64,000 nucleotides of DNA from positions 1,056,001 to 1,120,000 of the forward strand of contig OZ242220.1 of NCBI GenBank assembly GCA_965206745.1. The letters are read 5' to 3'. Positions 19,899-29,712 of this stretch are shown piece by piece. Numbering within the stretch: position 1 is the first letter of the stretch; each line of letters begins with the position of its first letter. This DNA comes from Nitrosopumilus sp. Lineage in GTDB: Archaea > Thermoproteota > Nitrososphaeria > Nitrososphaerales > Nitrosopumilaceae. A model generated the notes under the pieces. That model worked only from the letters and a program-made list of their open reading frames with translations, was not told the DNA's origin and did not search any database. Both the position numbers and the translations under genes were made by a program.

Positions 19899-20999
19899 CT
19901 ATGAGGTTAATTTCTTGACCAATTCAAGAAATTCAGCCTCAGACATTGAAGGAATTTTCAAGATTTCGAGATTTTCCAATACGTGCTGTTCAGACTTTTG
20001 CCCAATCAGCGGCGCTAGAACTCCGGGTGATGAGCGGATAAATTGCAAGGCACGCAAAGACGGTTTTAATTCATCAAATTCAGGCATGACCCCAGGTGCA
20101 AGTAATCGCCCCTGCATGAAGGGTACGCTGGTAAACACGCCGATGCCCAGCCTAACTGCAGATTCCAAGACGGACACAGACTCATTTCCAAGTCGCTGGT
20201 TTTTTGCAAGCAAGGCCTGATCATAGCTCATGTTGTATGGCAATTGAATAAATCGAAATCCGTGATCTTCCCCTCCGACCTCTTTTGCCAAATTAACAGT
20301 GTCCTCCAATGAGAGATACTGGGGATTGTCAGGTGGGACTCTAAAACATTCCCATGTTGCCATTCCGTAAAATTTGATCTTTCCTTCATTTCGCTTTTGC
20401 TCATATAACTCAAAGACAGACTTTAGATTTTCCAAGAATCTTTCTCTAGGGACATCCTTGATCTGCCCTTCCACTGCATTGTGCAGGTACATCAAATCAA
20501 GGCATTGGATTCCCAGGTTCTTCAGACTCCTATCTAATTGATCAGAAAGGTATGGAACAGTCATGCAGTGATAACCAGAAGTGACATCCCCTTCCTCGAT
20601 AACTCCCTTTTGAGAGTATTCGTCTTTGACATATTCCCAAAAACCTAGCTGGACATCAGCATCATTTGTGAGATAGCCGTTCTTGGAGCTGATGAAAACC
20701 TGATCACGTGTAATTTTGCCATCATCGATTAATTCTGAGATTGCCTTTCCAACTGAGCGTTCAGCCTTTTGAGATCTATAATTAATTGCAGTGTCAATTA
20801 CGTTTATTCCAGATAGGACAGACTGCTTGACGGCATTTGTGACTAACTCATCAGTCTTGGCATCTGCATCTCCAAGATATGTCCCAATGCCGACATTTGA
20901 AAGCAAAAGGTTTTCAAATTTTTTAAAATTGGCCTCCTTTACGCCTGAATTGGCGGCAAATTTTCGGGTTCCCTCAGATGTGGCATGCCCAGAAATCAT
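19899..20999 (-). CDS. Aldo/keto reductase
   Basis: GIGTY, INVIDTAINY, SKNG, DLMYLHN and IQLPYN motifs. Confidence 0.92.
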   Translation of the reverse strand: MISGHATSEGTRKFAANSGVKEANFKKFENLLLSNVGIGTYLGDADAKTDELVTNAVKQSVLSGINVIDTAINYRSQKAERSVGKAISELIDDGKITRDQVFISSKNGYLTNDADVQLGFWEYVKDEYSQKGVIEEGDVTSGYHCMTVPYLSDQLDRSLKNLGIQCLDLMYLHNAVEGQIKDVPRERFLENLKSVFELYEQKRNEGKIKFYGMATWECFRVPPDNPQYLSLEDTVNLAKEVGGEDHGFRFIQLPYNMSYDQALLAKNQRLGNESVSVLESAVRLGIGVFTSVPFMQGRLLAPGVMPEFDELKPSLRALQFIRSSPGVLAPLIGQKSEQHVLENLEILKIPSMSEAEFLELVKKLTS

Positions 21000-21028
21000 A
21001 TCGATGGTAGGTATTTGCCAAATTTATG

Positions 21029-21934
21029 TTAAAGTATCAGCCCAACTAAAAACCCCACAACAAGCAATGCACCAGTAATCCGGCTAAACATCAGCGTGGA
21101 TGACATGTATGGGAGAAGGTCATCGACAGAATCATAATTTCTCTGCAACCCCAAACCGGACTTTATCATCAAAGGCAAGCTGAGGAAAACAATCAGCAGA
21201 TATGCCGGAAACAGATTGGCAAAGACGCCAATGAGAATGGCCAAGTAGGATATCATTGGAAAGATCCAGAACAATTTAGCGGCTTTTTCTTTTCCAGCCA
21301 CGATGACCAGAGTCCTTCTTCCTCCAGATTTGTCTGCATCATGATCAGGAAAAGATGCGATAAAGAGCACCAATGAGGACAGGGAGCCTACTGCAATTCC
21401 TGCAAGAATTGATTCGACGGAGATTTGCCCAGACTGTATAAAATATGTCCCAATTACAATCATAGAGCCCTTTACTGCGACAAAAAACTCACCCAAACCA
21501 GAATCGACAATTTTTGTAGAATAAAAATAAATGGACAAAATTGCAAATCCCAAAATGACTGCAATGGTAATCCCGTCAGTGATTACAAAGTATCCCCCAA
21601 TGACAGTTCCAAGGATCAAAAATGCGACACCGGCGCGATACACGGAGGATGGTTTGAGCAAACCTTCTGGCAGTACACCAGTACCGCCACTCATTTTTGT
21701 TCTGGTCGTACTAGCATCAATACCTCGTTTGAAATCCCAGAAATCGTTTAGTAAATCTACACTTGCATGAAGTGCCATTACGCCTGCAAAAGTTAAGAGC
21801 ATTTCAAATATCTCCAAGGAGGAATTTTGCCACCAGTTAAGAGCTAAACCTGCAGAGACAGCAATGACAGACGCAAGAAGGAATCTCACCCTAATGACCC
21901 TAAACCAGACAGCAAGCATTGAAGATAGTGTCAA
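21029..21934 (-). CDS. UbiA-family prenyltransferase (MenA-like)
   Basis: LLNDFWDFKRGID and FPDHDADKSGGRRTL Asp-rich motifs; many transmembrane segments. Confidence 0.88.
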   Translation of the reverse strand: MTLSSMLAVWFRVIRVRFLLASVIAVSAGLALNWWQNSSLEIFEMLLTFAGVMALHASVDLLNDFWDFKRGIDASTTRTKMSGGTGVLPEGLLKPSSVYRAGVAFLILGTVIGGYFVITDGITIAVILGFAILSIYFYSTKIVDSGLGEFFVAVKGSMIVIGTYFIQSGQISVESILAGIAVGSLSSLVLFIASFPDHDADKSGGRRTLVIVAGKEKAAKLFWIFPMISYLAILIGVFANLFPAYLLIVFLSLPLMIKSGLGLQRNYDSVDDLLPYMSSTLMFSRITGALLVVGFLVGLIL

Positions 21935-22038
21935 TTTGTCAGTATAATATTCATCAGTTTTAGATCGAACCTACTGTTTATATCAAAATCAGGAAGAACA
22001 TTCTTGTGATAATAGGAAAAACATCAAAGGGTGAAAAG

Positions 22039-22215
22039 ATGATAAAATTCGAGGCCCAGATACATTGCAATGGTTGCAAGAGACAAGTCCCAGGAGGGCT
22101 AAAGACGGGGGAGGGATACTATCAGAGTGATGAGTTTGAGAGGGAGTTTGAGGAATTTAGGAAAAACTATCTTTGTGGAATTTGCAGGGATGCAAAAAGA
22201 GTGGAAAGAAATTAG
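22039..22215 (+). CDS. Small Zn-finger protein (CxxC...CxxC)
   Basis: HCNGC...YLCGIC; ATG 22039 preferred. Confidence 0.65.
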   Translation: MIKFEAQIHCNGCKRQVPGGLKTGEGYYQSDEFEREFEEFRKNYLCGICRDAKRVERN

Positions 22216-22296
22216 GGTTTCTCACTTTACCATGTTTGTAAATTTGGAAAATGATTCACCATGTTGTTTATCGGCATAGTGGTAAAGCAGACATGA

Positions 22297-22698
22297 TTAA
22301 ATTAAAGAGTCATCGCTTACTTGGATTGGTTTTCTGCCCATAAAACCGGAGTCCTTCTCATGCCAAAATTTTATCTCAGTTTCACCATATTTCCAGCAAA
22401 GCCATACCTCCTCATCAAATCTTTTTGAGGGAAAATCAAGCAATCCCTGCTCGATGTTTTTGACAACCACGCCTGTATCCTCCAAGGTTTCCACAGATTC
22501 ATAGAACTTTGTTATTGCAGAATTTAGCTTTTGCTTTATATTCACATATGATTCAAAGGAGTTTGTAGCAGACATGCTAATTTGTAGTTCCTGCTCTATT
22601 TTCTTTACTTCAATATTTTTTGCCAGTGCATATTCAAATTTTTTTATCACGTCAGGCAAAGCACGATTTGCTTCATTTGCAGTAAAAAAGGAGAACAT
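22297..22698 (-). CDS. DUF2203-family protein
   Basis: FTANEANRALP...GVVVKNIEQGLLDFPS...WLCWKYGE...FWH...GFMGRKPI. Confidence 0.85.
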   Translation of the reverse strand: MFSFFTANEANRALPDVIKKFEYALAKNIEVKKIEQELQISMSATNSFESYVNIKQKLNSAITKFYESVETLEDTGVVVKNIEQGLLDFPSKRFDEEVWLCWKYGETEIKFWHEKDSGFMGRKPIQVSDDSLI

Positions 22699-22769
22699 GT
22701 ATTTTCATACGAGGCAGGGATTAAAAATCTTAGGTGCAGATTTATTAAGAAATAATACAGCAGGTATTC

Positions 22770-23048
22770 ATGAGTGAGGACCAACTGGAGGCATTAATTA
22801 TTCAAGTGATTAACGGGGCAGTCACCACGATTCCATCATATTTGGAGGAGATCAAAGAGAACAAAAAAGTGTTAAAAGTCGAGGATCCGCAAGAGTTTGT
22901 TTATGGGATAGTGATGGGGATGGCACTTGGGATGGGAGGAGCGATTCTAAGCGCTCAAAAAGAGATGCCAACTGAGGAGGATCAGATGAGGATCAGGGAT
23001 ATAGTATACAAGCACATTCCAGAAATAAGAGAACGAATTTTTAGTTGA
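22770..23048 (+). CDS. Hypothetical protein
   Basis: Clean ORF with a 4-bp overlap into the next gene. Confidence 0.75.
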   Translation: MSEDQLEALIIQVINGAVTTIPSYLEEIKENKKVLKVEDPQEFVYGIVMGMALGMGGAILSAQKEMPTEEDQMRIRDIVYKHIPEIRERIFS

Positions 23049-23443
23049 TTGAATTTAACGAGTCAGAAAAAGAGTTTCTAGGCAAACTAGAAGAGGCAAG
23101 GATAGCTACATCTCATGACAATATCCCACATGTAAAGCCCGTATCGTTTATTTTTATGGATAACTCAATCATCGTGGCAACTGACTACAAAACTCGGACT
23201 TTTAGCAACATCAGATCAAATTCCAAAGTAGGAATCGTAATTGATATTTACAAACACGGGGGTCACAAAGCAATATGCATTCAAGGAGAAGCAAAGACCA
23301 TCGAGGAGGGGGCAGAGTTTAAAAAACTGTATGATGTTTTTTATGAAAAATTTGCATGGGTGAGAAGAGAACCATGGAAAGAGAAGGAGGCGCCATTTTT
23401 GAAGATCATGCCAAATAACAAAACAAGTTGGGGGCTATCCTAG
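23045..23443 (+). CDS. Pyridoxamine 5'-phosphate oxidase-like (FMN/F420 split-barrel) protein
   Basis: ARIAT...PHVKPVSF...NIRSNSKVGIVID...CIQGEA...SWG. Confidence 0.88.
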   Translation: MIEFNESEKEFLGKLEEARIATSHDNIPHVKPVSFIFMDNSIIVATDYKTRTFSNIRSNSKVGIVIDIYKHGGHKAICIQGEAKTIEEGAEFKKLYDVFYEKFAWVRREPWKEKEAPFLKIMPNNKTSWGLS

Positions 23444-23539
23444 CAACCTGTTCAAGACAGATGTTTTTAGAGGGATCAGAATCATGTAGTCATTTGGGAA
23501 ACTGCATAGTCCTACCTGATGAGATGTGTTGTGATGTTT

Positions 23540-23671
23540 TTATTTATGGCAGTCACATTTGCAACTACTAGGGACACATCTGTGAGTCAAACAGTCATGA
23601 CAGCCCTTACTTCGGCCACTTTTTACTCTTAGTCGTTCCTTGTCCAATGTATCAATTTCTTGTATAGACAC
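23540..23671 (-). CDS. Cys/His-rich microprotein, 43 aa (not in ORF track)
   Basis: Manual translation from GTG: MSIQEIDTLDKERLRVKSGRSKGCHDCLTHRCVPSSCKCDCHK. Six Cys and three His in the last 20 aa; start codon uncertain. Confidence 0.6.
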   Translation of the reverse strand: MSIQEIDTLDKERLRVKSGRSKGCHDCLTHRCVPSSCKCDCHK

Positions 23672-23845
23672 TATGAAATAAAGACATGTAATGGAGTGAA
23701 TGCAGGATTATGGCAGTAACTTGTCAATTACAAATTAGAACAAACTCTCAGGTTTATCTGTCAGGTTCAAATCCTCCTTGGTATTTGTGCCACCTCTACA
23801 TCAATCATAGAAAACTATATCATGATAAAAGATCCATGAAAAACT

Positions 23846-24121
23846 ATGAACAAGATAAAATGCTCTCACATACTAGTTGCAAAACAAAGTGAGGCACTAG
23901 TCATTCTAGAAAAGATCAAAAACAAGGAAAAGTTTGGAGCCCTAGCAAAAGAATTTTCAACAGATACAGGTAGTGGGAAAAAAGAAGGGAGTTTAGGATA
24001 TTTTACAAAAGGAATGATGGTAAAGCCATTTGAAGAGGCAGCATTTAAACTTCAAATCGGAGAAATCTCAGAGCCAGTCAAATCAGAATTCGGATATCAC
24101 ATCATCAAGAGATTGGGCTAA
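23846..24121 (+). CDS. Parvulin-type peptidyl-prolyl isomerase
   Basis: CSHILV, FGALAKEFSTD, GSLGYF, MVKPFEEAAF and SEFGYHII motifs. Confidence 0.95.
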   Translation: MNKIKCSHILVAKQSEALVILEKIKNKEKFGALAKEFSTDTGSGKKEGSLGYFTKGMMVKPFEEAAFKLQIGEISEPVKSEFGYHIIKRLG

Positions 24122-24354
24122 TCCACACTAAAGACTGATTTTTAAAAAAATCTCCAATCAATTTTTTGAATGATTTTCTCAGGTTCCGCTTTGATTTCCT
24201 TGCAAAGTCATTTCTCTTTTTGAAATAAATCTCACATTATTTGACTTGGCAACAATCCAGAATAAAACATAATCATTTAGAAGTTTGGTAATTTTAACAG
24301 ATTACAGACCAAAGGATGCACAACATTCTTTTCAGTCACAAGATATGCAGAATC

Positions 24355-24624
24355 ATGGTACTGGATGAAAAAGGTCTGGATGAGATTTTAGAGTATCTGG
24401 AAAAGTCAATTGGCAATCTGGCAAATGACGCGTTTGGGAATTTGGAACTGGGAGAAACCCAAAGAGTGGAAGATTTTCTTCAAAATCAATACGACATCAG
24501 ACTGGAAAATCTGCTATCTGCAAAAGATAGCAGCATACACCATCTAGAATCAGGCATGAAAAACAAGATAATTCAAAGAAAACGATCCGTTCTTGAAGAC
24601 ATTGACAAGCAATACAAAAATTAG
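24355..24624 (+). CDS. Hypothetical protein
   Basis: MVLDEKGLDEIL...SSIHHLESGMKNKIIQRK; ATG 24355 preferred. Confidence 0.7.
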   Translation: MVLDEKGLDEILEYLEKSIGNLANDAFGNLELGETQRVEDFLQNQYDIRLENLLSAKDSSIHHLESGMKNKIIQRKRSVLEDIDKQYKN

Positions 24625-26135
24625 ATAAACGCATCCATCCCGGATTTTTTAGATTCAGTTTCCTGATTTTGTTCTAAAACGTGCATCATTTTATTGCCCA
24701 TGGATTTTGCTGCAGTCATCTTTCTTTTTCCTATCCAATAGTATGTCTCATCAATGGTGTTTTTGGCAATTAACACCACAAGTTTACCAGTATCTTTTCT
24801 GCCGGTTCTGCCCCTTCGCTGAATAAACCTCACGGAGCTTGGAACGTTGTCATAGAAAATTACCTGGTTAACCTCTGCAATATCTAGGCCCTCCTCCCCA
24901 ACACGAGTGGCAACAAGTACCCTGAAAAGCCCGTCTCTAAAATTCTGCACTGTCTCAATCTGTTTCTTCTGCTTTAACCCAGCAGCACCTGCCTTTCCAA
25001 TCAAGATGCCTGCGGAGATTCCCAGTTCCGTGAGTTTATTGTAAATTAGATCAACTGAATCCCTATAGCTTGTAAAGATCAGTGCCTTGCCAGGAACTGA
25101 TTCGATGATTTCTTTGAGTTTGGGAATCTTTGAGTGTTCAATACCACGAGACTGGGCCTCGTTGGCAAGATGGATTGCCCTTGTAAAGTTTGGATCAGTC
25201 TCAAACAGGTCATTGCCTACGCCTTTTTTTGCTTTTGCACGTTCACAAAATTTTAAAAATGGAGTCACCCCATGGGCCTCCAAAATGTTCAAAGCATAGT
25301 GGATTCGAATCGCAGTGAACAGGGGCTTTGCAGAGCGCCGATTCTGATTCAGCACCAATTGTCTAATTCTAAGCAATGCAGAAAGAGACTGCTGTGAAGC
25401 CAGACGTATTCCGTTTTTTCGCAAAACAGCATATCGCTCATCTAATGCCAGCTTTAGTAATTTTTGAATCGCTTTTAATTCTGGCGGGAGTTCAACGTTG
25501 ATCCACACGGTGTTTGTCTCCTGGGTGTATGGTTTTACATCAGGACTGTCTTCAGTGCGCTCTGCAACGCTTGAAATCCTAAGTTTAGTCAGGATCTCAG
25601 TTGCTTTTTCCTTTTCACTGGGAAGTGTGGCAGTCATGCCAATAATTCTTGCAGGCAGATCCTCAAATCGCTGAGCTATTCCAGAGTATGCGTAATCACC
25701 CACTGTCCTGTGCACCTCATCAAATATTACAAGGCTGAATTGCTCGGGAGTCACTATTCCTCGAATCAGATCATTTCGTGCAATCTCGGGAGTTGCACAG
25801 ACAATACTGTTATTCCAAAGCTTGGTTCTCTTTGGAATTGGGTCCTCGCCTGTTATTAGAGATATGTCATCTAATGTGAGGTTGTTTTTCAAAAAATCAT
25901 AGTGTTGGTTTACCAACACTCTGGTGGGCGCTAAAAATAATATTCCGCCGGTTCCTTTTGAGAGATAATCCGATATCACATGTAATGCTACTGCGGTTTT
26001 TCCCAAACCCGTGGGCAGGACCACAATGCAGTTCTCCTCAATGGCCTGATTTGCCAGATTTATTTGGTAATCTCGTTTCTCTATCGAATTTTTTTTCACA
26101 TATTTTTTATCAACAAAATCAGTCATTGCACACAT
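24621..26135 (-). CDS. Hef/FANCM-like SF2 helicase without a C-terminal nuclease domain
   Basis: RDYQ, LPTGLGKT, DEVH, GMTAT, GEEGLDI and QRRGRTGR motifs. Confidence 0.92.
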   Translation of the reverse strand: MCAMTDFVDKKYVKKNSIEKRDYQINLANQAIEENCIVVLPTGLGKTAVALHVISDYLSKGTGGILFLAPTRVLVNQHYDFLKNNLTLDDISLITGEDPIPKRTKLWNNSIVCATPEIARNDLIRGIVTPEQFSLVIFDEVHRTVGDYAYSGIAQRFEDLPARIIGMTATLPSEKEKATEILTKLRISSVAERTEDSPDVKPYTQETNTVWINVELPPELKAIQKLLKLALDERYAVLRKNGIRLASQQSLSALLRIRQLVLNQNRRSAKPLFTAIRIHYALNILEAHGVTPFLKFCERAKAKKGVGNDLFETDPNFTRAIHLANEAQSRGIEHSKIPKLKEIIESVPGKALIFTSYRDSVDLIYNKLTELGISAGILIGKAGAAGLKQKKQIETVQNFRDGLFRVLVATRVGEEGLDIAEVNQVIFYDNVPSSVRFIQRRGRTGRKDTGKLVVLIAKNTIDETYYWIGKRKMTAAKSMGNKMMHVLEQNQETESKKSGMDAFI

Positions 26136-26289
26136 AGAGAACGTAATTTATTGATTTTATGCTTTCGTATAGCAAAATACTGTGTCACAGTCACCCATCT
26201 TTCAAACATCATCAGCCATTTGAAATTATGATCGCATGAATAATCTCAGATAGCGTGATCCATATATTGAGCAGACAGACAGGATTCGT

Positions 26290-26817
26290 GTGAATGATAC
26301 TTTTGACAGGCCAGGTTGGGACGAGTATTTTATGCTTCAAGCAGAACTTGCCAAGCTTCGCTCAAACTGCATAACAAGAAAAGTGGGCGCAGTAATTGTC
26401 AGAAATCATCGACAGTTGGCAACGGGATATAATGGGACGCCGCCTGGAATCAAGAATTGTTTTGAAGGCGGATGCAAGAGATGCCAACTCCGAATGGATG
26501 GCAAAATTGAATCAGGTGAATTACTTGACAGATGCATGTGCAATCATGCAGAGGCTAACGCAATTATGCATTGTGCGATTTTAGGAATAGAGGCAGGAGT
26601 AGAGGGAGCAATACTATACACCACGTTTGTCCCGTGCCTGGAATGCACAAAGATGGCAATAACTATAGGCATTAGAAAATTTGTCTGTCTTGATACATAT
26701 CCGGAGACAGATTATGACTTGCTAAAAGAGGCAGGGGTTGAAGTGATGAGTTTGGATAAAAATAAAATTGCAAGATGGGCAAAAGAGTTGGTCAACAAGT
26801 ACGAAAATTCAGAGTGA
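26290..26817 (+). CDS. dCMP deaminase family protein
   Basis: RPGWDEYFM, TGYNG, HAEANA and PCLEC motifs. Confidence 0.92.
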   Translation: MNDTFDRPGWDEYFMLQAELAKLRSNCITRKVGAVIVRNHRQLATGYNGTPPGIKNCFEGGCKRCQLRMDGKIESGELLDRCMCNHAEANAIMHCAILGIEAGVEGAILYTTFVPCLECTKMAITIGIRKFVCLDTYPETDYDLLKEAGVEVMSLDKNKIARWAKELVNKYENSE

Positions 26818-26821
26818 GAAA

Positions 26822-29380
26822 ATGCAAGTCAATTTACCTGAAACTGAAAAGATTGAATCGATGCCACCGTCAATGCTTGTGTCAGCAACATATGATAACA
26901 TCTCAAGATCAGCAGTGCTAAAGTTCTATGAGCCAGAATCTAAAAAGCTGTTCTTGTGGAAGGATGAAACAGGTCACAAGCCATACTGTTATTCACGATT
27001 GTCAACTGATGAGCTGGACTTTCTTCAAGACAGAGACGATATTTTAGAGATTAAGACTGTTCAGAGATATGACTTGATCAAAGATGCAAAGATCAACATG
27101 TCAAAGATTACAGTTGCAGACCCACTTACCATTGGGGGCACTATGGGGGAGAAAAGCATCAGAAATGTGATTGAAACATGGGAATCAGACATCAAATACT
27201 ATGAAAATTATTTGTACGATAGGCAGATAATTGTTGGAAAATATTATGAGATTTCAGAAGGCAAAATAAAACCTCATGATCTGTCAATATCAGACGAGGT
27301 CAAACTTGCATTGAAGAGTCTGTTGTGGGATAAAGTAGACAGTGAAAGCATGGTGGATGCTGAAGAATTTAAAAGCTATATTTCAGAATGGGCAGATTTG
27401 TTAAATCAGCCAATTCCAAAGATGAAGAGACTCAGTGTGGATATCGAGGTTGAGGCAGAGATAGGAAGGATACCAGACCCAAAACTTGCAGAAAAAAAGG
27501 TTACTGCCATAGGCCTGAAAGGTTCAGACGGATTTGATCAGATCTTCGTGCTCAAAACAGAAGGAACAGAGCAAGGAACAAACGAATTAGACCCAAGCAT
27601 CAAAATCACGTTTTATGAATTAGATAAGGAAAAAGATATGATTCAAGACGCATTTAAAATAATCAAGACGTTTCCATTTGTGCTGACGTACAACGGCGAT
27701 GAGTTTGATTTACCATATCTGTACAACAGAGCAAAGAGATTCGAAATAAAAAATGCAGAGAATCCACTATACATGATGAGAGACTCTGCAACTCTCAAAG
27801 AAGGAGTTCACATAGATCTGTACAAGGTTCTTTCAAATAGATCATTTCAGATTTATGCTTTCAGCCAAGCATATACAGATTTTTCTTTAAACAGCGTTTC
27901 CAAGGCATTGCTAGGAAAAGAGAAGATAGATTACGGATTAAAGTTTGATGAACTATCGCTTTATCAGACTGCAAACTACTGCTACAATGACGCACTGCTG
28001 ACATACGAGCTTACCAGTTTTAACAAAGATCTGATGATGAACCTGCTTGTAATCATTGCAAGAATTGGAAGAATGCCAATTGACGATATTGCGAGGATGG
28101 GAGTCTCGCAATGGATTAGGAGTTTGCTATATTACGAGCACCGACGAAGAGACTGTCTCATTCCAAAACGCGAAGAACTGCAGAGAAGATCAGAGGGAGT
28201 AATGTCAAATGCGGTGATCAAAGATAAAAAGTATAGGGGCGGTCTGGTTGTAGAACCCAAAGAAGGGATTCATTTTGATGTAATAGTAATGGATTTTGCA
28301 AGCCTGTACCCAAGCATTATCAAAGTTCGAAACTTGTCATATGAAACAGTAAGATGTGCCCATGAGGAATGCAAAAAAAACACAATTCCAGGAACTAATC
28401 ATTGGGCATGCACAAAGAAAAATGGCCTAACCTCGATGATTATCGGCTCTTTGCGAGATTTGAGAGTAAACTACTACAAGAGCCTATCAAAGAAGGAGAC
28501 ACTGACTGAGGATCAAAGGCAGCAGTATACAGTGGTCAGCCAAGCACTCAAGGTGATTCTAAATGCCAGCTATGGCGTAATGGGCGCTGAGATATTTCCA
28601 CTGTATTTCCTGCCAGTAGCAGAGGCGACAACTGCAATTGGCAGACATACAATTTTGGAGACAATAAAAAAATGCGAAGAGACAGGCATCGAGGTTCTTT
28701 ATGGGGATACAGATTCATTGTTTATCAAAAACCCAACCAAAGAACAGATCCAAATCGTAATTGACCAGGCAAAAAAAGATCACGGGGTAGATTTGGAAGT
28801 CGACAAGGCGTACAGATACTGCGTGCTAAGCAATAGAAAGAAAAACTATCTTGGAGTGACAAAATCAGGCAAGGTGGACGTTAAAGGATTAACGGGGAAA
28901 AAATCACATACACCGGCATTTATCAAAAATCTGTTTTATGAGCTAGTGGACATACTATCCAAAGTTCAGACCATGGATGACTTTGTCAAAGCAAAGCAAG
29001 ACATTGCAGAAAAAATTTCAATCTGTGGAAAAAAAGTTCAGGCCAAAGAAATCCCACTGAAGGATTTGACATTCAATGTGATGCTCAGCAAGGCCCCTTC
29101 AGAATATGTAAAAACAATCCCCCAGCACATCAGGGCAGCAAAACAACTAGAATCAATCAGAGAAATAAAAAAAGGAGACAGGATTTCATTTATCAAAATT
29201 TTGAACAGACCAGGTGTAAAACCTGTAGAGTTGGCAAAAAAAGAAGAGATCGACTCTAAAAAATACATGGAGTTTATGGAATCGACATTAGAGCAGATAA
29301 CATCATCGATGGATTTGGATTTTGACACAATGCTGGGAAAACCAAAACAAACGGGATTAGATGAATTCTTTTGGAGCTAG
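26822..29380 (+). CDS. polB: Family B DNA polymerase (PolB1)
   Basis: Exonuclease motifs DIEV, YNGDEFDLPYL and YCYND; polymerase motifs DFASLYPS, KVILNASYG and YGDTDS; C-terminal PIP box QTGLDEFF. Confidence 0.97.
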   Translation: MQVNLPETEKIESMPPSMLVSATYDNISRSAVLKFYEPESKKLFLWKDETGHKPYCYSRLSTDELDFLQDRDDILEIKTVQRYDLIKDAKINMSKITVADPLTIGGTMGEKSIRNVIETWESDIKYYENYLYDRQIIVGKYYEISEGKIKPHDLSISDEVKLALKSLLWDKVDSESMVDAEEFKSYISEWADLLNQPIPKMKRLSVDIEVEAEIGRIPDPKLAEKKVTAIGLKGSDGFDQIFVLKTEGTEQGTNELDPSIKITFYELDKEKDMIQDAFKIIKTFPFVLTYNGDEFDLPYLYNRAKRFEIKNAENPLYMMRDSATLKEGVHIDLYKVLSNRSFQIYAFSQAYTDFSLNSVSKALLGKEKIDYGLKFDELSLYQTANYCYNDALLTYELTSFNKDLMMNLLVIIARIGRMPIDDIARMGVSQWIRSLLYYEHRRRDCLIPKREELQRRSEGVMSNAVIKDKKYRGGLVVEPKEGIHFDVIVMDFASLYPSIIKVRNLSYETVRCAHEECKKNTIPGTNHWACTKKNGLTSMIIGSLRDLRVNYYKSLSKKETLTEDQRQQYTVVSQALKVILNASYGVMGAEIFPLYFLPVAEATTAIGRHTILETIKKCEETGIEVLYGDTDSLFIKNPTKEQIQIVIDQAKKDHGVDLEVDKAYRYCVLSNRKKNYLGVTKSGKVDVKGLTGKKSHTPAFIKNLFYELVDILSKVQTMDDFVKAKQDIAEKISICGKKVQAKEIPLKDLTFNVMLSKAPSEYVKTIPQHIRAAKQLESIREIKKGDRISFIKILNRPGVKPVELAKKEEIDSKKYMEFMESTLEQITSSMDLDFDTMLGKPKQTGLDEFFWS

Positions 29381-29383
29381 GAC

Positions 29384-29674
29384 ATGGAGGTTGATGCGAC
29401 CCTATTAACGATATTGGGCGTTACTGCAGGAGTCCTAATTCTTACGGGATGGATCGAGCAGATTTACAAAGGATACAAATCAAAAAGCCTCAAAGATGTT
29501 TCAAAGTTTTTGATGATCTTCATCTCTGCAGGTGCAATATTGTGGCTAATTTACGGATTCATAGTATTAGACGTATTCATCATAGGCACAAACATTGCAG
29601 CTATTGTCCTAATGATGATCGTGCTGGGAATGAAGACGAGGTATGACAAACAATCAAAAGTTGCCAAGATTTAA
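29384..29674 (+). CDS. SemiSWEET/PQ-loop-like three-helix membrane protein
   Basis: WIEQIYKGYKSKSLKDVS...LWLIYG...IIGTN; three hydrophobic helices. Confidence 0.8.
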   Translation: MEVDATLLTILGVTAGVLILTGWIEQIYKGYKSKSLKDVSKFLMIFISAGAILWLIYGFIVLDVFIIGTNIAAIVLMMIVLGMKTRYDKQSKVAKI

Positions 29675-29712
29675 TCAAGGATTAAATACAATATAGAAAA
29701 ATTCAAAGAAAG

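Noticed and set aside
23761-23781. GGTTCAAATCC resembling a tRNA T-loop
   Set aside because: The stem extends only 3 bp, and no acceptor, D or anticodon arms could be built.
26290-29380. polB plus dCMP deaminase as a provirus or casposon
   Set aside because: The polymerase is a cellular PolB1 with a PIP box among housekeeping genes; there is no integrase, Cas1, capsid gene or terminal repeat.
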